From: Rhizaria sp. SCN 62-66
Taxonomy: Eukaryota
Direction of reading: 5' to 3'
Assembly: GCA_001724265.1 (NCBI GenBank)
Contig: MEDY01000061.1
Coordinates: 62,001 to 100,381 of the forward strand
DNA length: 38,381 bases
Shown: piece by piece, positions 22,801 through 35,132 of the stretch
How the letters are laid out: each line of letters begins with the position of its first letter
Numbering within the stretch: position 1 is the stretch's first letter
Program-made: the position numbers and the translations under genes
Notes under the pieces: generated by a model
Told to the model about the DNA's origin: nothing
Database searches by the model: none
Seen by the model: only the letters and a program-made list of their open reading frames with translations

Positions 22801-25121
22801 AGTGCAATATAACGCATTATGAAATGAACTTTCTTTGTTTTAAAGATAAAAATATTAATATACGTACCCTGGAGGGCCTTGACGACCTCCGGCTTGAAGC
22901 GAGAGACGGTATCGCCGAGACCCAGCTGACCGCGCTCGTTGCCACCCCTGTAGCAGTAAAACGACGAAATTGCGAGTATATACACGACGATGAGAGCATA
23001 TCAAAACAAAACTGAAATATCTCGTACAATATATAAAATGACATGCATAATAATTGAACTCATATTAAGACCATGGAGTTGCTGAAGCAATATATTACAA
23101 TTGCGTACCAAGCGAAGATGGTGCCGTGGTCAGAGAGGCACATCGAGAAGTTGCTACCGCACACGATGGCAGTGATGATGGTCGACGACGGCGTGGGCAG
23201 CGGCACCGGAATGGGCCGCGCCGACTGCGGCATCTTACCGACACCCATCTGGCCCTGTGCGTTGCTACCCCAGGCCAGGATCACATTGCGGTTACTCTCG
23301 ATGGAGAGTGCGAGCGTGTGGCGCTCACCGCAGGCCACCATGCGCGCTTTATAGTCGTCCTGCTTCACTTCCAGGTCCTTGATCTCGCTCGCCATCGAGC
23401 AGATGCGCTTGTCGTCGAAGAAGTCAAGCCGCGTCGGCACAGGGGCGCTGCCGGAGTCGGTGTGGATGCCGAGGCGCATGCCGCTCGTGCAACCCCACGC
23501 GTAGACCTGGGATAATTAATAACGAAAATTGAAGGCATATATGTGAGTCATTTAAAATAAAATAGACACACGTGTAAATAACTGAGTTATGTGTGATAAA
23601 ATCATTTTTAGCTGCATGTCATAGCATCTTGTGTTAAATAAATGTTTGGGCACTTAAAGTAAATCATTTCGCCTTCGCAAAGCTATTTTGGCTGTTATTG
23701 CTACTTGACGTACACGGTTGTCGAGCGAGATGGCGACGGTGTGGTGCTGCCCCGCGACGGCGCGAATCGCCCTCTGGGGCTTCTTGAATAGCTCCACAGG
23801 CGTCGGCGACAGCCGGTTGGCGGTGTCTCCGTGTCCGAGCTTGCCGTACTTGCCGCCGCCCCAGGTGTAGAGCGAGTAGTCGTCGCTGTCGGGCAGGACG
23901 AGTGCGAGCGAGTGGAAGCTGTTGCAGCTGACGTTAAGCACGCGGATGTTCTTCAAGTCGCCCTCGACGACCGTGGGCGTCTGGACGTCGATCTCCGTGC
24001 CAAGCCCGAGGCGGCCGTAGGCGCCGGAGCCCCAGGCGAAGACGGTGCCCTCTGCGGTCAGCGCCAGGTTGTGGCTGTCACCGGAGGCGATCTGCACGAT
24101 CTTCTGATCTTCGGAGAGCACGAGAGACTTGATCAGCGTGGGCGACTTGCAGTCGGCCTCGTTGCCGTGGCCGAGACGGCCGTTCTTGCCCTTGCCCCAG
24201 GACCACACCGCGCCGTCCGCGCACAGTGCAAGCGAGTGCTCCGTGCCGCAAGAGACCATGATGATCTTGGACGTCGCGCGGACCTAAAAAAGAGAGGGAG
24301 GGGGGCGCACATTGAGAACAAAAGTTCAAGAGTTAGGAATGAGCACAAAGATAAACTCGTTTCGACACAGAACGACGCAGGCCATAAGATTATTGAAGAA
24401 TACATCTAACAGTACAAGGGAATATTACTGAACTGATATCATTTAAGTCAAATCACACTTTGTTTGTGCGTACCTGTGTGACGGGGTCAAAGAGACGGAA
24501 CCCAATGGGCTCGGGGTTGGAGATGGAAGTATAGCCGCGTCCCCAAGCATAGATGGTGTTGCCATCCTCGGTAATCGCGAGAGACGAGTCGGCGCCGCAG
24601 GTGACGTAGCCGATGCGGTCCACGTTGGGGAACTTGATCTGGCCGTGAACACGGTGACTGTAGAGTAGAATAGCATAACATAAGCGACCCAATGTGAGTT
24701 CATATAGAAGCGCGAGATAAAGTTGTGTTGATATGAAACAGGTGAATTTAGATGTTTTTGCGTGACATTTCATTTCATTTGAACAATAAAATACTAACTA
24801 AACATTTTTGTGCTCAAGAGTTGTTACGTACTGTCCGAGGCGTCCGTCGTCCTGGCAGCCAGTCGAGTACACCATGCCGTCTGCGAGGATGATCGTGTGG
24901 CCAGAACCAACTGCAACCTGCACGGACTCGGGCCGCTTGATCGGGGGCAGATTGAAGTTGATCGGCGCTGCCTGGTACTCTGAGAAGGTGCCATGGCCGA
25001 GCTCGCCCTGCTTACCGAGGCCGAAACCGTAGACCTGGCCGTCATCAGAGACGAGAACTGTATGCACCCAGCCGCACGCGACGCGCGTCGAGAGGAACTT
25101 GCGGAACAGGTCGCGGTTCAT
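16832..25121 (-). CDS. RCC1-repeat protein with an IQGAP-like (RasGAP-related) C-terminal half, ~2040 aa, 13 exons
   Basis: Exons 25121-24832, 24657-24474, 24283-23714, 23506-23109, 22947-22868, 22664-22515, 22366-21887, 21771-21227, 21031-20917, 20672-20292, 20085-19469, 19305-18985 and 18823-16832 total 6123 nt with an open frame across all 12 GT-AG introns. The first ~900 aa carry many RCC1 repeats (VACGxxHT...VYxWGxxxxGxLG). The C-terminal assignment is less certain (see findings). Confidence 0.85.
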
Positions 25122-26411
25122 CCTCACAGGGGAACGCTAGAGACAACGACAAAAGGGGTCGGCTCGAGTTGCTTAGAAGGGAGAGCGAGAGGGCGACAAG
25201 ATAGTTTTGGGGGTGAAAAGAGGCAAGCGGAGCCTTTGCTTGGGAGGGCAAAAACGACGCCTGGCAAAAACGCGAGTGTGCGTTTAAGGGATGAGAAGGT
25301 GTGATGCGCGCTTTGGTAAGAAAACGCTGTCTTGGAGTAAGATAAAGAAGCAAGGGAGCCGTTCGAGATAAGGTTGGCGAGGGGGCGGCAGGGAAACAGT
25401 TGGTTGGGCGACAACAGGAGAGATGCAAGAGTGAGATAAATGACGCGGTTGAGCGGATATCAAAAGCTGAAAGAAAAAGACACGCAGGGGTACATCTAAT
25501 GAAGCGCATTCGTCGAAGAAGAAGTGGAGATACGGAGCATGGCATGTATGATAAAGGGCGAGAGGGTTGGGTGCGACGAGGGCGAAGCGGCGATGGCAAA
25601 AGAAGCATAGTTCGCGGGCATTTCATCGCTATCAGGGCCAAAATAAACGTATAACATGCACAAGAAGCGGAAACCATGCGAAGTTCAAATTATCCTTCAC
25701 CACTATGACGCTAGCTACCGCCAATGAGCTTTCTCGATCGTCAAAGGAGGAGAACTTCGCCGACTGCCAGCAGCGACAGCTGACGCATTTTTAGGAACCG
25801 TGTCTCGAGCGGCCTGGTTGAATGCGGATTTAGATAGCTTTCTAGCTGATAACCCTAACCATGTCAAACAACTCTCGGATATGTAATATAACCCAATGTT
25901 TCTTGTGTTTTTTAGGAAGAATATGCTGTCTAAAGTTCATTTTACTGATCTCTATTGACAGTTTTGGGAGAGACACAAATGGCAACAGCGATACGTTCTT
26001 CGAGATACGAAGGTATATGAAGAGGAAAGATCAATCAAGCCCACGTATCGTATAATATGTAATAGTTTAAATAATATGGCGCAGTTTCACCTCTCATGGC
26101 AAATATTTTGTCTTCAAATCAACTTGTTTTTTAATCTGACCACAAACTCCGTTTGAGTCAAAGCAGCGGGATGCGCGAATCTTTCATTCTATCTATCACC
26201 GTCAATTCTTCGTTATTGCTACTGTAAGTGGTGATAAACTGAAAGACCGTTTATTTTCTAACTGTTCTTAAAGTTTAGTTTTAAATGGGCAATGATATCA
26301 CGCCTAACCTACCATGCTGTTGTTTGCTCACTTCACTGTGTGTTTCGTCTTGCACTGTTATCGCTGCTTTGTATAGACAACCCCCGGTTGGTACAGCCCT
26401 CAAGCCCTTTC

Positions 26412-28682
26412 ATGGACCCCTCCACGCCGCGCGCAGCCCAGCGCGAACCGACGGGAGGTACCCTTCGTCCTCCGGACCCCCCACCACCGGATACAGGGCC
26501 TAATAGCTCTGGTACCAACACCAACACCAACCCGGTCACTAGCTCTGACACAACAAACCTCTCTGTCTCTGCTGCAATCAGTCCCAGCAGCAAAGACTAC
26601 AAGGCGGGCGCCCCGAACGGCGTTAAGAGCAAGAGTGGCGGCGGAAACGCGAACGACGGCAAGCACGGCTTCGAGCTCGAGCTGCAACCAGTCGCGTCAG
26701 CCTCTTCTGCCTCTGCTTCTGCTGCTGCATCTGCCTCATGTTTAAGCTCTAACCCTAGCTCTAGCTCTAATGCTAGCGCAGGCCCTTACATGGACCCTAG
26801 CTTTAGCCTTGGCTTGAGCAACAACCCCTTAAACGTTGCAACAGCAACTCCCAGCTACAGCAACAGCAACAGCAAAGTTGCTGCGACTGTTGATGCAACG
26901 AACAACAACACCGCTGGCTCTAGCGCTGCTTCTGCTGCTGCTGATCATAATCGCAACAACACTGCAAGCGATAGCCCTAACAACAACAATCGCAACACCT
27001 CTGTCTCTGTTCCTGTCTCCTCTTTTGTCGCTAATCCTGTCTCTCCTAATGTCCCTGTTTCTTCGTCTGTCTCTCCTAATGTCCCTGTTTCTTCGTCTGT
27101 CTCTGCTTCTGCTTCTGCCTCTGCTTTCGACACCAACCTTGTCTCTGTTCCTGCTTCTTCGTTATCTGTCTCTGCTTCTGCCTCTGTCTCTGCCCTGAAC
27201 CTTACTCCCAACAACAACAACAAGTCAAGCCGCACACGGCTCACAGTCACTTACACCAACCTCTCCCTCGACGTCCCTACCAACAACAACAACAACAACA
27301 ACAACACCAGCAACACGCAATGCGCGGACAACGGCGCGAACGTAAACACGGAGCATTATAGCACCATCTTCACTCCTCTCACCTCTCTGTGCCACCGCGT
27401 CTTTAGTCCTAAGCAAAACAGCTTGAACACGGGTGACCACGGTCACAATGCGGCCTTCTCTCGCATCGCCAACGCGACGGGGGTACTTACACCTGGCACC
27501 CTTACACTCGTGCTCGCTCCTCCTGGCCACGGCAAGTCGACGCTACTTAAAATTCTAAGTGGGCGCTTAGAGCCTTCGAGCGGCACAGTGCTCTACAACG
27601 GCCTCACCAAAAGTCAGGCCGCCGAGAACGGAACTCAAGCCGCGCCGAAGCAAACTCAAGCCGCAGGAGCATCACTCGCATCAACAACAGCAGCAGCAAC
27701 AACAACAACAAGGACCTTTCCACTTTCTGCAGTGGGCTGTAATATCAGCCGCATGGCACAGTACTGTGCGCAAGTTGATGAGCACTTGCCACTACTTACA
27801 GTCAAGGAAACCCTTACATTCGCCCACAAAGTCACCTCAACATCAACAACAACAACAACAACAACAACTCACGCACAGGGGGCTAAGCACCCCTTAAACG
27901 GCCCCTTAGACGACGGCAGCGACGGCGACGACAAGGTCGCGGTTGTGATAGAGCTGCTTGGGCTGACCGAGTGCGAAGACACCATCATCGGCAACGCTCT
28001 GATCCGCGGCATCAGCGGCGGTCAGCGCCGCCGCGTGACCCTGGGCGAGTGCCTGGTCACCGACGCCTGCGCGCTGTTCCTCGACGAGTTCACCAACGGG
28101 CTGGACGCCGCCACGGCGTTCGCCCTCACCCAGCGGCTGCGGCGGCGGGCCGTGGACAGTGGGGGACTGGTTGTGGCGGCACTGCAGCAGCCGACGCCGG
28201 AGGTCTTCGCGCTGTTCGACAGCGTTATCGTGCTGAAAGAGGGTGAGGTTGTGTTCAACGGGGAGCGGGCGCTTCTGGAGCCGTTTTTCGCGTCGATGGG
28301 GTATCTGTGTCCGAGCGATGTTGACTTATGTGACTTTATCATCGACTGCGTGTCGCAGCCGGCACTTACCCTCCAGCGCTGCGCCAATCTAAGTACACTA
28401 TGTACTCAGAACAACAGTGACATGAGAAACAACAGCGGCAGCAACAACAACAGTAGCAACAGCAACAATAACAACTGCAGTCGTGATGTGATCATGAGGA
28501 CGCCGACTGTTCATGTTACTCGTGAGGCAGACGGCTTAACTTACTTCGCGGCGTCACTTTCGCGGCAAGGGAGCGGAGGCTTAACTTCAGATGCGCGCGG
28601 CTTTACCTCTTTTGCTCGCGCAGCGACCCCGTGTGTAAGCACACGTGATATGGTCCAACATTTTCACGCAACGTCACTTTGC

Positions 28683-28756
<74 letters not shown>

Positions 28757-31700
28757 GAGCAGTAAGAGCAGCATTCGCGACGACAGCGGCAACTCTAGTC
28801 GGCTGCAACCAAGTGACTGCGAACAGCAGCAAGCTCATGCCGCCAGCTCTAGCTCTAGATCTAGATCTAGATCTAACTCTTGCTTAAATGTAGATCCGCT
28901 GTTTTATGAGCCGCTGCTGCCGTCAACAGAGTCTGTGGCGAAGTACAGGACCGGCTACTCTTTGCCCATGCACTCGCTGTTTCTTGTTGTGCTGGCGCGT
29001 CAGTGGCTCAACTTCACCCGCAACGGCAGCATCATCGTGCCCCGCCTTGTGCAGGCTGTGGTTATGGGACTGCTGTACGGCTCGATGTTCTGGCAAATCC
29101 CGTCGGACGCATTCTTCCTGCGTACGTCAATTTATATTTTATGTAGCACGTAACGACAGCGAACTCTCTTGAATAGTTTATGTATTTTATATGTATCGCA
29201 TATTCCAACAAAAATATGTCGAGATGTCATGTTATCTTTCTAATTTTATTTCGTCTACTCTCACTTTCCTCTTCGTTCTCGTGCAACCGTGGCTGTTTAG
29301 GCATCGCTGTTCTGCTCATGGCTCAATGTCAAGTCGGTTTCGGCTCCATGGTTGAGCTCACTGCCAGCATTGAGAATAACCACATCATGCTCAAGCAGCT
29401 CAATGCAAGCTGGTACCCGGTGCCACTGTTCGTTCTCGCTGCAGTCGCGGTCGGCATCCCCATTTTCCTCGCAGAAGCTGCGATTTTAACGTTATTCATC
29501 TACTTCATGTCGGGATTTGTGCTTGAAGTCGGGCGGTTCTTTGTGTTTTTCGCAGTGATGGTGCTGTGTTCGCTGATTATGTCGGTTTGGTTCCGTATGA
29601 TTGCAGCCATGAGTCGCGACGAACCAACTGCGCAGGTACGTACTATGATTTAACGACAATCCTCGTCAATCTTGAACTCGACATGCCATTTTATCGAGAT
29701 ATCTCTGTTACTCATTACTATAATGCTGCTGTTTAAGTCCTTTGTCGATACCATCATGTTATCACTTACGCGTTTCGACTTTCCTTTGTTATATGACTCC
29801 TCTCATAGGCGATTTCGAGTCCGACAACGTGCGTGTTCATCATTTTCGGCGGTTTCTTCGTCACCCCGCCCAACATCCCTGTCTGGCTGCGCTGGTTTTC
29901 TTATCTTTCCCCGTACTCGTGGTCGGTACGCGCGCTCGCCAACAACGAGTTTTTGTCCCCCCGTTACTCCGCAATCTCGGACACCGGTGAGACGCTGGGT
30001 GTAATGTATCTGCGCGCAGTCGACATGCACGTGGGCCAAGAGTGGATTGGTTACGGTGTGCTATTCTTGCTCGGGTTCACGTTGTTTTGCATCGTGGGCA
30101 ACTCGGTCCTGCTGCAGCGGCAGACGGCCTATGAGGCGCATCGGGGCACGGCACGCGCGGTTACTCGTGCTGCTCACGGTCACGCGCAAGCAGGCAAGCC
30201 AGCGTTCGTGTTTGTCTCTGATTTATCTCCGTATGTCACCTCGACGCTAACTGCAAGCGCGAACAGCGACGCTCATGCTAAGGCTAGCAGCGGCGTTGGT
30301 GGCAACGCGAAGGCTCAAGCTAGCAGCGGCGTCGATGTGAGTGCTGATGCGAGTGCTGACGTCGCTGCTGGTCATGATGAGACTTGCGGCGACAAGGATG
30401 GCAATGCTTCAAGAAGACTTGATGACAACAGTGACATTCTGAAGACCTTGCGCGAAGTTATCCCTTTCACCCCGCAATGGCTGACCTTCACGGACCTCTA
30501 CTACACTGTTCCAGTCACAACGACGCAACCAAAGCCACAGCTAGAGTCACAGCAACAGCAACAGTCCCAGTCACCTCAGGTTCAACCCCAGTCAAAGCCC
30601 CAGTCAAGCTCGCAGTCAAATTCGCAGCCACCACAGGCAAGCACACAATCGTCTTCAATCGCCATCCCGATCAACGAGCGCGTATCCGCCCAAAGCGCTC
30701 TCTTAAATCAGGACTTGGGCGGTGTCGACAGCAAGGTTTTGCTGTGCGGTGTGAGTGGATACGCCGAGCCGGGTACACTGACAGCGCTGATGGGAGCCTC
30801 TGGCGCGGGCAAAACAACTCTGCTTGACGTGTTGGCGGGCAGGAAAACGGTCGGCACTGTCGCTGGCGAGATCAAACTCAATGGCCGCCTCCTCACCCTC
30901 TACGGCAACAGCAACGATAACAGAGACAACACAAACATGAACATGAACGTGACTAACGCCAGCTCTATCTCTATTGCGAACAAAAACGACGCTGCTGCTG
31001 ATAACTCGAGCACTAGTATGACTTCGAGCAGTAGTAGCCACGTCGCTGCTCACGCGAACATGACTGCGAGCAAGAGTGATTTAGCGGTTGTCACTGGCTA
31101 CGTAGAGCAAAACGAGACCTTACTCGCGACAGACAGCGTCCGTGAAACGTTACTCTTTGCCGCCAAGCTACGTCTCTTGCCCTCCATGCAGAGCAGCAGC
31201 AGCAACAACAGCAGCAGTCATCTAAGTACCCCCCTAGACGACGTCATCGACCGTGTCGTCGACGAAGTGCTCGACGTGCTCGAACTGACCGCAATCCAGC
31301 ACAAACTCGTCGGCTCCCCCGCGACCACGGGTACCAGCGGTTCTCTCGCCATCCAGGGCCTGTCTCCCTCGCAGCTGAAGCGTGTCAACATCGGGCTCGA
31401 ACTCGTGACGAACCCTGCCATTCTGTTCCTCGACGAGCCCACCACGGGCCTCGACTCCCGCGCCGCGCAGACCGTCATGCGCGTCGTGCGCCGTATTGCG
31501 CGCTCCGGCCGGTCCGTTATCTGCACCATCCATCAGCCGTCGGCCGAGCTGTTCTATCTCTTTGACCGGCTCGTGCTGTTGGCGCCCGGAGGAAAGCAAG
31601 TCTACTTTGGCAATCTGGGTCAGAGGTCTAAGGGGCTGGTGGGGTACTTAGAGCGCGTTCCTGGTGTTGAGAAAGTTAGGCCGCGGCATAACCCTGCGAC

Positions 31701-32967
31701 GTGGATGCTTGAGCAACTGCAACGGCGCTTTGCAAGTGGCAATGGAAGTGACAACGCGGTCAGCAGTGCGACTGCACTAAGTACCATGCTGAATGAGGAA
31801 GAAGGGGGTCGTTCTCATCTAAGCAGCTCTAGTTTGACTAGTTTAAACGGTCCTGCCAGTACGGAGCCAACTGTTCTGCAAACGACTTCTAGTAGCCTAA
31901 GCCCACCTTATTCTGATCGCAACTCCGACAACAGCCTCAGTGATCGGTTAGTTTCTGCGTTTGAGTACTCTGAGCTTCGCACCAACACTCTTGCACGCAT
32001 TACCGACATGAACAGCAAACTGCTACTCGCTCATCAACAAAGCATCAACACGAGCAGCAACACTACTCATCTTGTTTCGAGTGCGAGCGGTATGTTGTGG
32101 TTCAAGTTTGCGCTTGTCTTGCGTCGCACGTGGCTTTCCTACTGGCGCAACCCAGGCATGCTGCTCGCCCGCTTCGGCGGCTTACTGTTCCTTTCCCTGC
32201 TCTTCGGCTGCGTGTACTTCGACCTTTCCCTCACAACACAGTCTTCGGTGACGTCTTTGATTGGCGCCGTCAGTGTCGTCGGCATCTACGGTGCCGTCAC
32301 GCACTCAAACAACGCGCTCCCGGCCAAACTCACAGACCGTGCAGTGTTTTACCGTGAGCTATCTTCCGAACTCTACCCGCCAGTGTACTGGGCCCTCGCC
32401 TCGTTACTATGCGACCTCGTCTGGGTCACGGCGGGTGCGCTTATCCTGCAAATCCCTCAGTACTTCATGATCGGCTTGCACAACTCGGCGGAAGCGTTCT
32501 TCAAGTTCTTCCTTGCTCTGTACATGTTTTGCATTGTTTTCGTCTCTGTCTCAGCCGCTGTGAGCAGCTTGAGCAAGAACCCTGGCGTTGCTGTAATGTT
32601 TCAGGGCCTATTTTACTCTCTCGCCTTCAATTTCGCCGGTGTTTCAGTGCCGTACCCCAAAATGCCCCGTGGTTACGTCTGGCTTTTCCGCATGTTACCC
32701 ATTTCGCACTTGACGGAAGCGCTGGCGATGCCGCAGTTTGCCTCGTGTTTCCCCTTACCCGACTGCTCCCCCTTAGTGCTCACGGTCACCGACACAGGCG
32801 CTTCCGCTCAGCCAGTGTTGCTACCGGCGGCAACTGTCGCCAGTGAGTACTTGGGCTTTGGGTTCCACGGGTACTGGCATGCGATCGGATGGATTACGCT
32901 GTTTTTGGCCTTTTTGTGGTTTGTTGCACTCTATTTCACTGCACGCGTGCGTTTCGATAAGCGGTAA
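26412..32967 (+). CDS. Full-size ABCG/PDR-type ABC transporter (NBD-TMD-NBD-TMD), ~2067 aa
   Basis: Exons 26412-29121, 29301-29635 and 29809-32967; introns GTACGT...AG. NBD1 has Walker A APPGHGKST, signature ISGGQRRRV and Walker B LFLDEFTNGLD. NBD2 has GASGAGKTT, a degenerate signature LSPSQLKRV and LFLDEPTTGLDS. Also CTIHQPS, NPATWML and two hydrophobic TMDs. The start ATG is inferred; the ORF is open upstream to 26292. Confidence 0.93.
27037..27104 (+). repeat. 30-bp tandem duplication (VSPNVPVSSS x2) in the ABC transporter N-terminal extension
   Basis: ctgtctctcctaatgtccctgtttcttcgt occurs at 27037 and 27067, followed by a partial third copy. Confidence 0.9.
28683..28754 (+). repeat. Perfect (AAC)24 microsatellite encoding poly-Asn in the ABC transporter
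   Basis: Read directly: 24 consecutive AAC codons in frame. Confidence 0.95.
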
Positions 32968-33914
32968 ACTGCTGGCTGTTGGTAAGTGTCACTTTCCACT
33001 AAATCAGGTTCATTACTCCAGGCGATGCGCATTTGTCGCTGGCACAGCATCTATGCCAATCGTACGGTATTATTGGTGATATATAGTAGTATATAGTGAG
33101 TGTTTTAGTGTTTCAAAATCAATAAGTGCTGATTAGTTTACTTTCCTCTTCTTATGCTTCTTTAGTTACGCATCGTTCTTCTTGGTGTGTACTGGAGATT
33201 TATTCGCCTTAATTGCTCCTTTAGTACTTCATATTGTTATGTGTGTTCAATGAACTATTTATTTACTGGGCCGTATTTATTTGTATTTCCAATTTTGTTT
33301 TTGTTTGTGCTTATGTGTGCTTTATGATACGGTAGTGTCGCTCTAACAAGTGAATGAGTTGCTTCAGTGACAACAGTTATACATTAACGAAGAAAGCATA
33401 CACAAGCATTAAACTACAAGTCTATTATAGCATGTGTGTTCACCTTTGTTATGGTGATGTATTCGTTTCATATCATAGTGATTAGAATTGGTTTTGTGCC
33501 ACTTGTGATTCAACTTGACTGACGAAGTAACTTATTTCTTTCAAAATTTTGGCAGGGACCTGCACTTGCATTTCAAACAAAATGGTATAATGATTGGCGG
33601 CAGCAAATTTAAACTGACATTTGTTCTGGTTTGCCGGTGTTTAGTTTGTATTCGCCAAGATTTGCTCTTGATAAGCACACGAACATGGGTTTTAGGCCGA
33701 TGCGAAGTATGTTTGTGGTGACTTCGGGTCAGGCCAAGAGGCGATCACTTGCACCAACTTTCGCCCTAGCTACCGATACGCAACGATCGTGCTTTTGTCC
33801 GAAACTGTTTTTCTGATGCTTATAGTGTGTATAGTATTCCTATTTTCAATAAAAGTATCTCAGTCTTCTCTTATCCTCCTGTATTTCTTCCATCTGCGTT
33901 CACAGCTTTGCGCG

Positions 33915-34731
33915 ATGGCGGACCGATACGCCACCACTGCTCTCAAGGCGACCATCTCGAACATCCTTGACGCGGAAGACGTCCGCGTCACGCGTGAGTC
34001 CTGCATGTCGACTCTTATGCACCTTGCAACGCAGCGTACGTCCTGTTCTCTCCCGCCATCCAACGCCTTCAAGAGGGCGCCGTCAGATCTCTTGTCTCTC
34101 TCGCCACTTGCTTTCCTGACTCATGGCTGTCGCCAAACCATCTTTCTAAAACGCTAAACTCGAACCAACGATGTAACAACATATGTTCTATCTATTTTAC
34201 TTGCTTTTAGACATCACGGAGCTCGCGCTGCGCGCCAAGGAGTCAACGGAGCTCTCTGGCCGCTCCCACATCAACTCGGCCGACATCGTTACCGCGATCC
34301 AAGATATGGGCCAGGACCCGGCGGATCTGTGCGAATTCGCCACGGCGAACCGCGCGCTGAACCCCGTGCCCACGGGGAGGTTTCCCGTGTACCCGGACGT
34401 GCTCCTCATCTCTGGCGACAGCAATAACAGCGTCAACACCACCGCTAACATTGCTGCCGTTGGTGCTGGAGCTATCTATCCGTCTCATATCCCCTCGTTT
34501 CTTCCCCCGCTACCCCCGGCGCACACGCTGACGCTCCCCACTAACACCGCCGCCAACAACGCGATCGCTAACGCTTCTTCTTCTGCTGTTGCTGTTGCTG
34601 GTGGTGGCGAGGCGACGATTGAGGATGCGAATATCCTTGAGCGCCGCACACTGGAGGCTGCGGCCACAGACGCGGCGCTGCTGCGGCTGTTCAGGGCTGC
34701 GGCGCAGGCCGAAGACGTGGGCAAAGAGTGA
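33915..34731 (+). CDS. TAF8: TFIID subunit 8 (histone-fold plus TAF8 C-terminal motif), 213 aa
   Basis: Exons 33915-34035 and 34211-34731; intron 34036-34210 (GTACGT...TAG). Histone-fold segment ELALRAKESTELSGRS...DIVTAIQDMG followed by the TAF8-type motif PSHIPSFLPPLPPAHT. Confidence 0.8.
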
Positions 34732-35132
34732 ACCATGCAACACACTAGGACAGGACAAAGTGACATTCCTACTGCTTCTCGATTTGAAACTAGCCAGAGA
34801 ATGGCCAACTTAACCACCATCGATGTTATCTAGCTCAAATACATTCGTTAATATCTACGCACGCTGATATAAACGCATTACTCTTCGACAAGATCAGTCT
34901 CAGCGAAGCAAAACGCAGTAAAAACTTGGAGAATGAAACACACTTGTGTATGAATGGTGTCACTGCGGACGTGATAACAAAGTACACTAATTAACAGTAT
35001 TATTTCAACCTTGTCGACTAAATAAATATCATATATAACTCTCAAAACGCAATACATCCCCGCAAAACAACAATTCGCTGCTGTAACTCAGCTAAATCGA
35101 CTCGAGTAGTATGTTTGCAATGCGCCTAGCAA

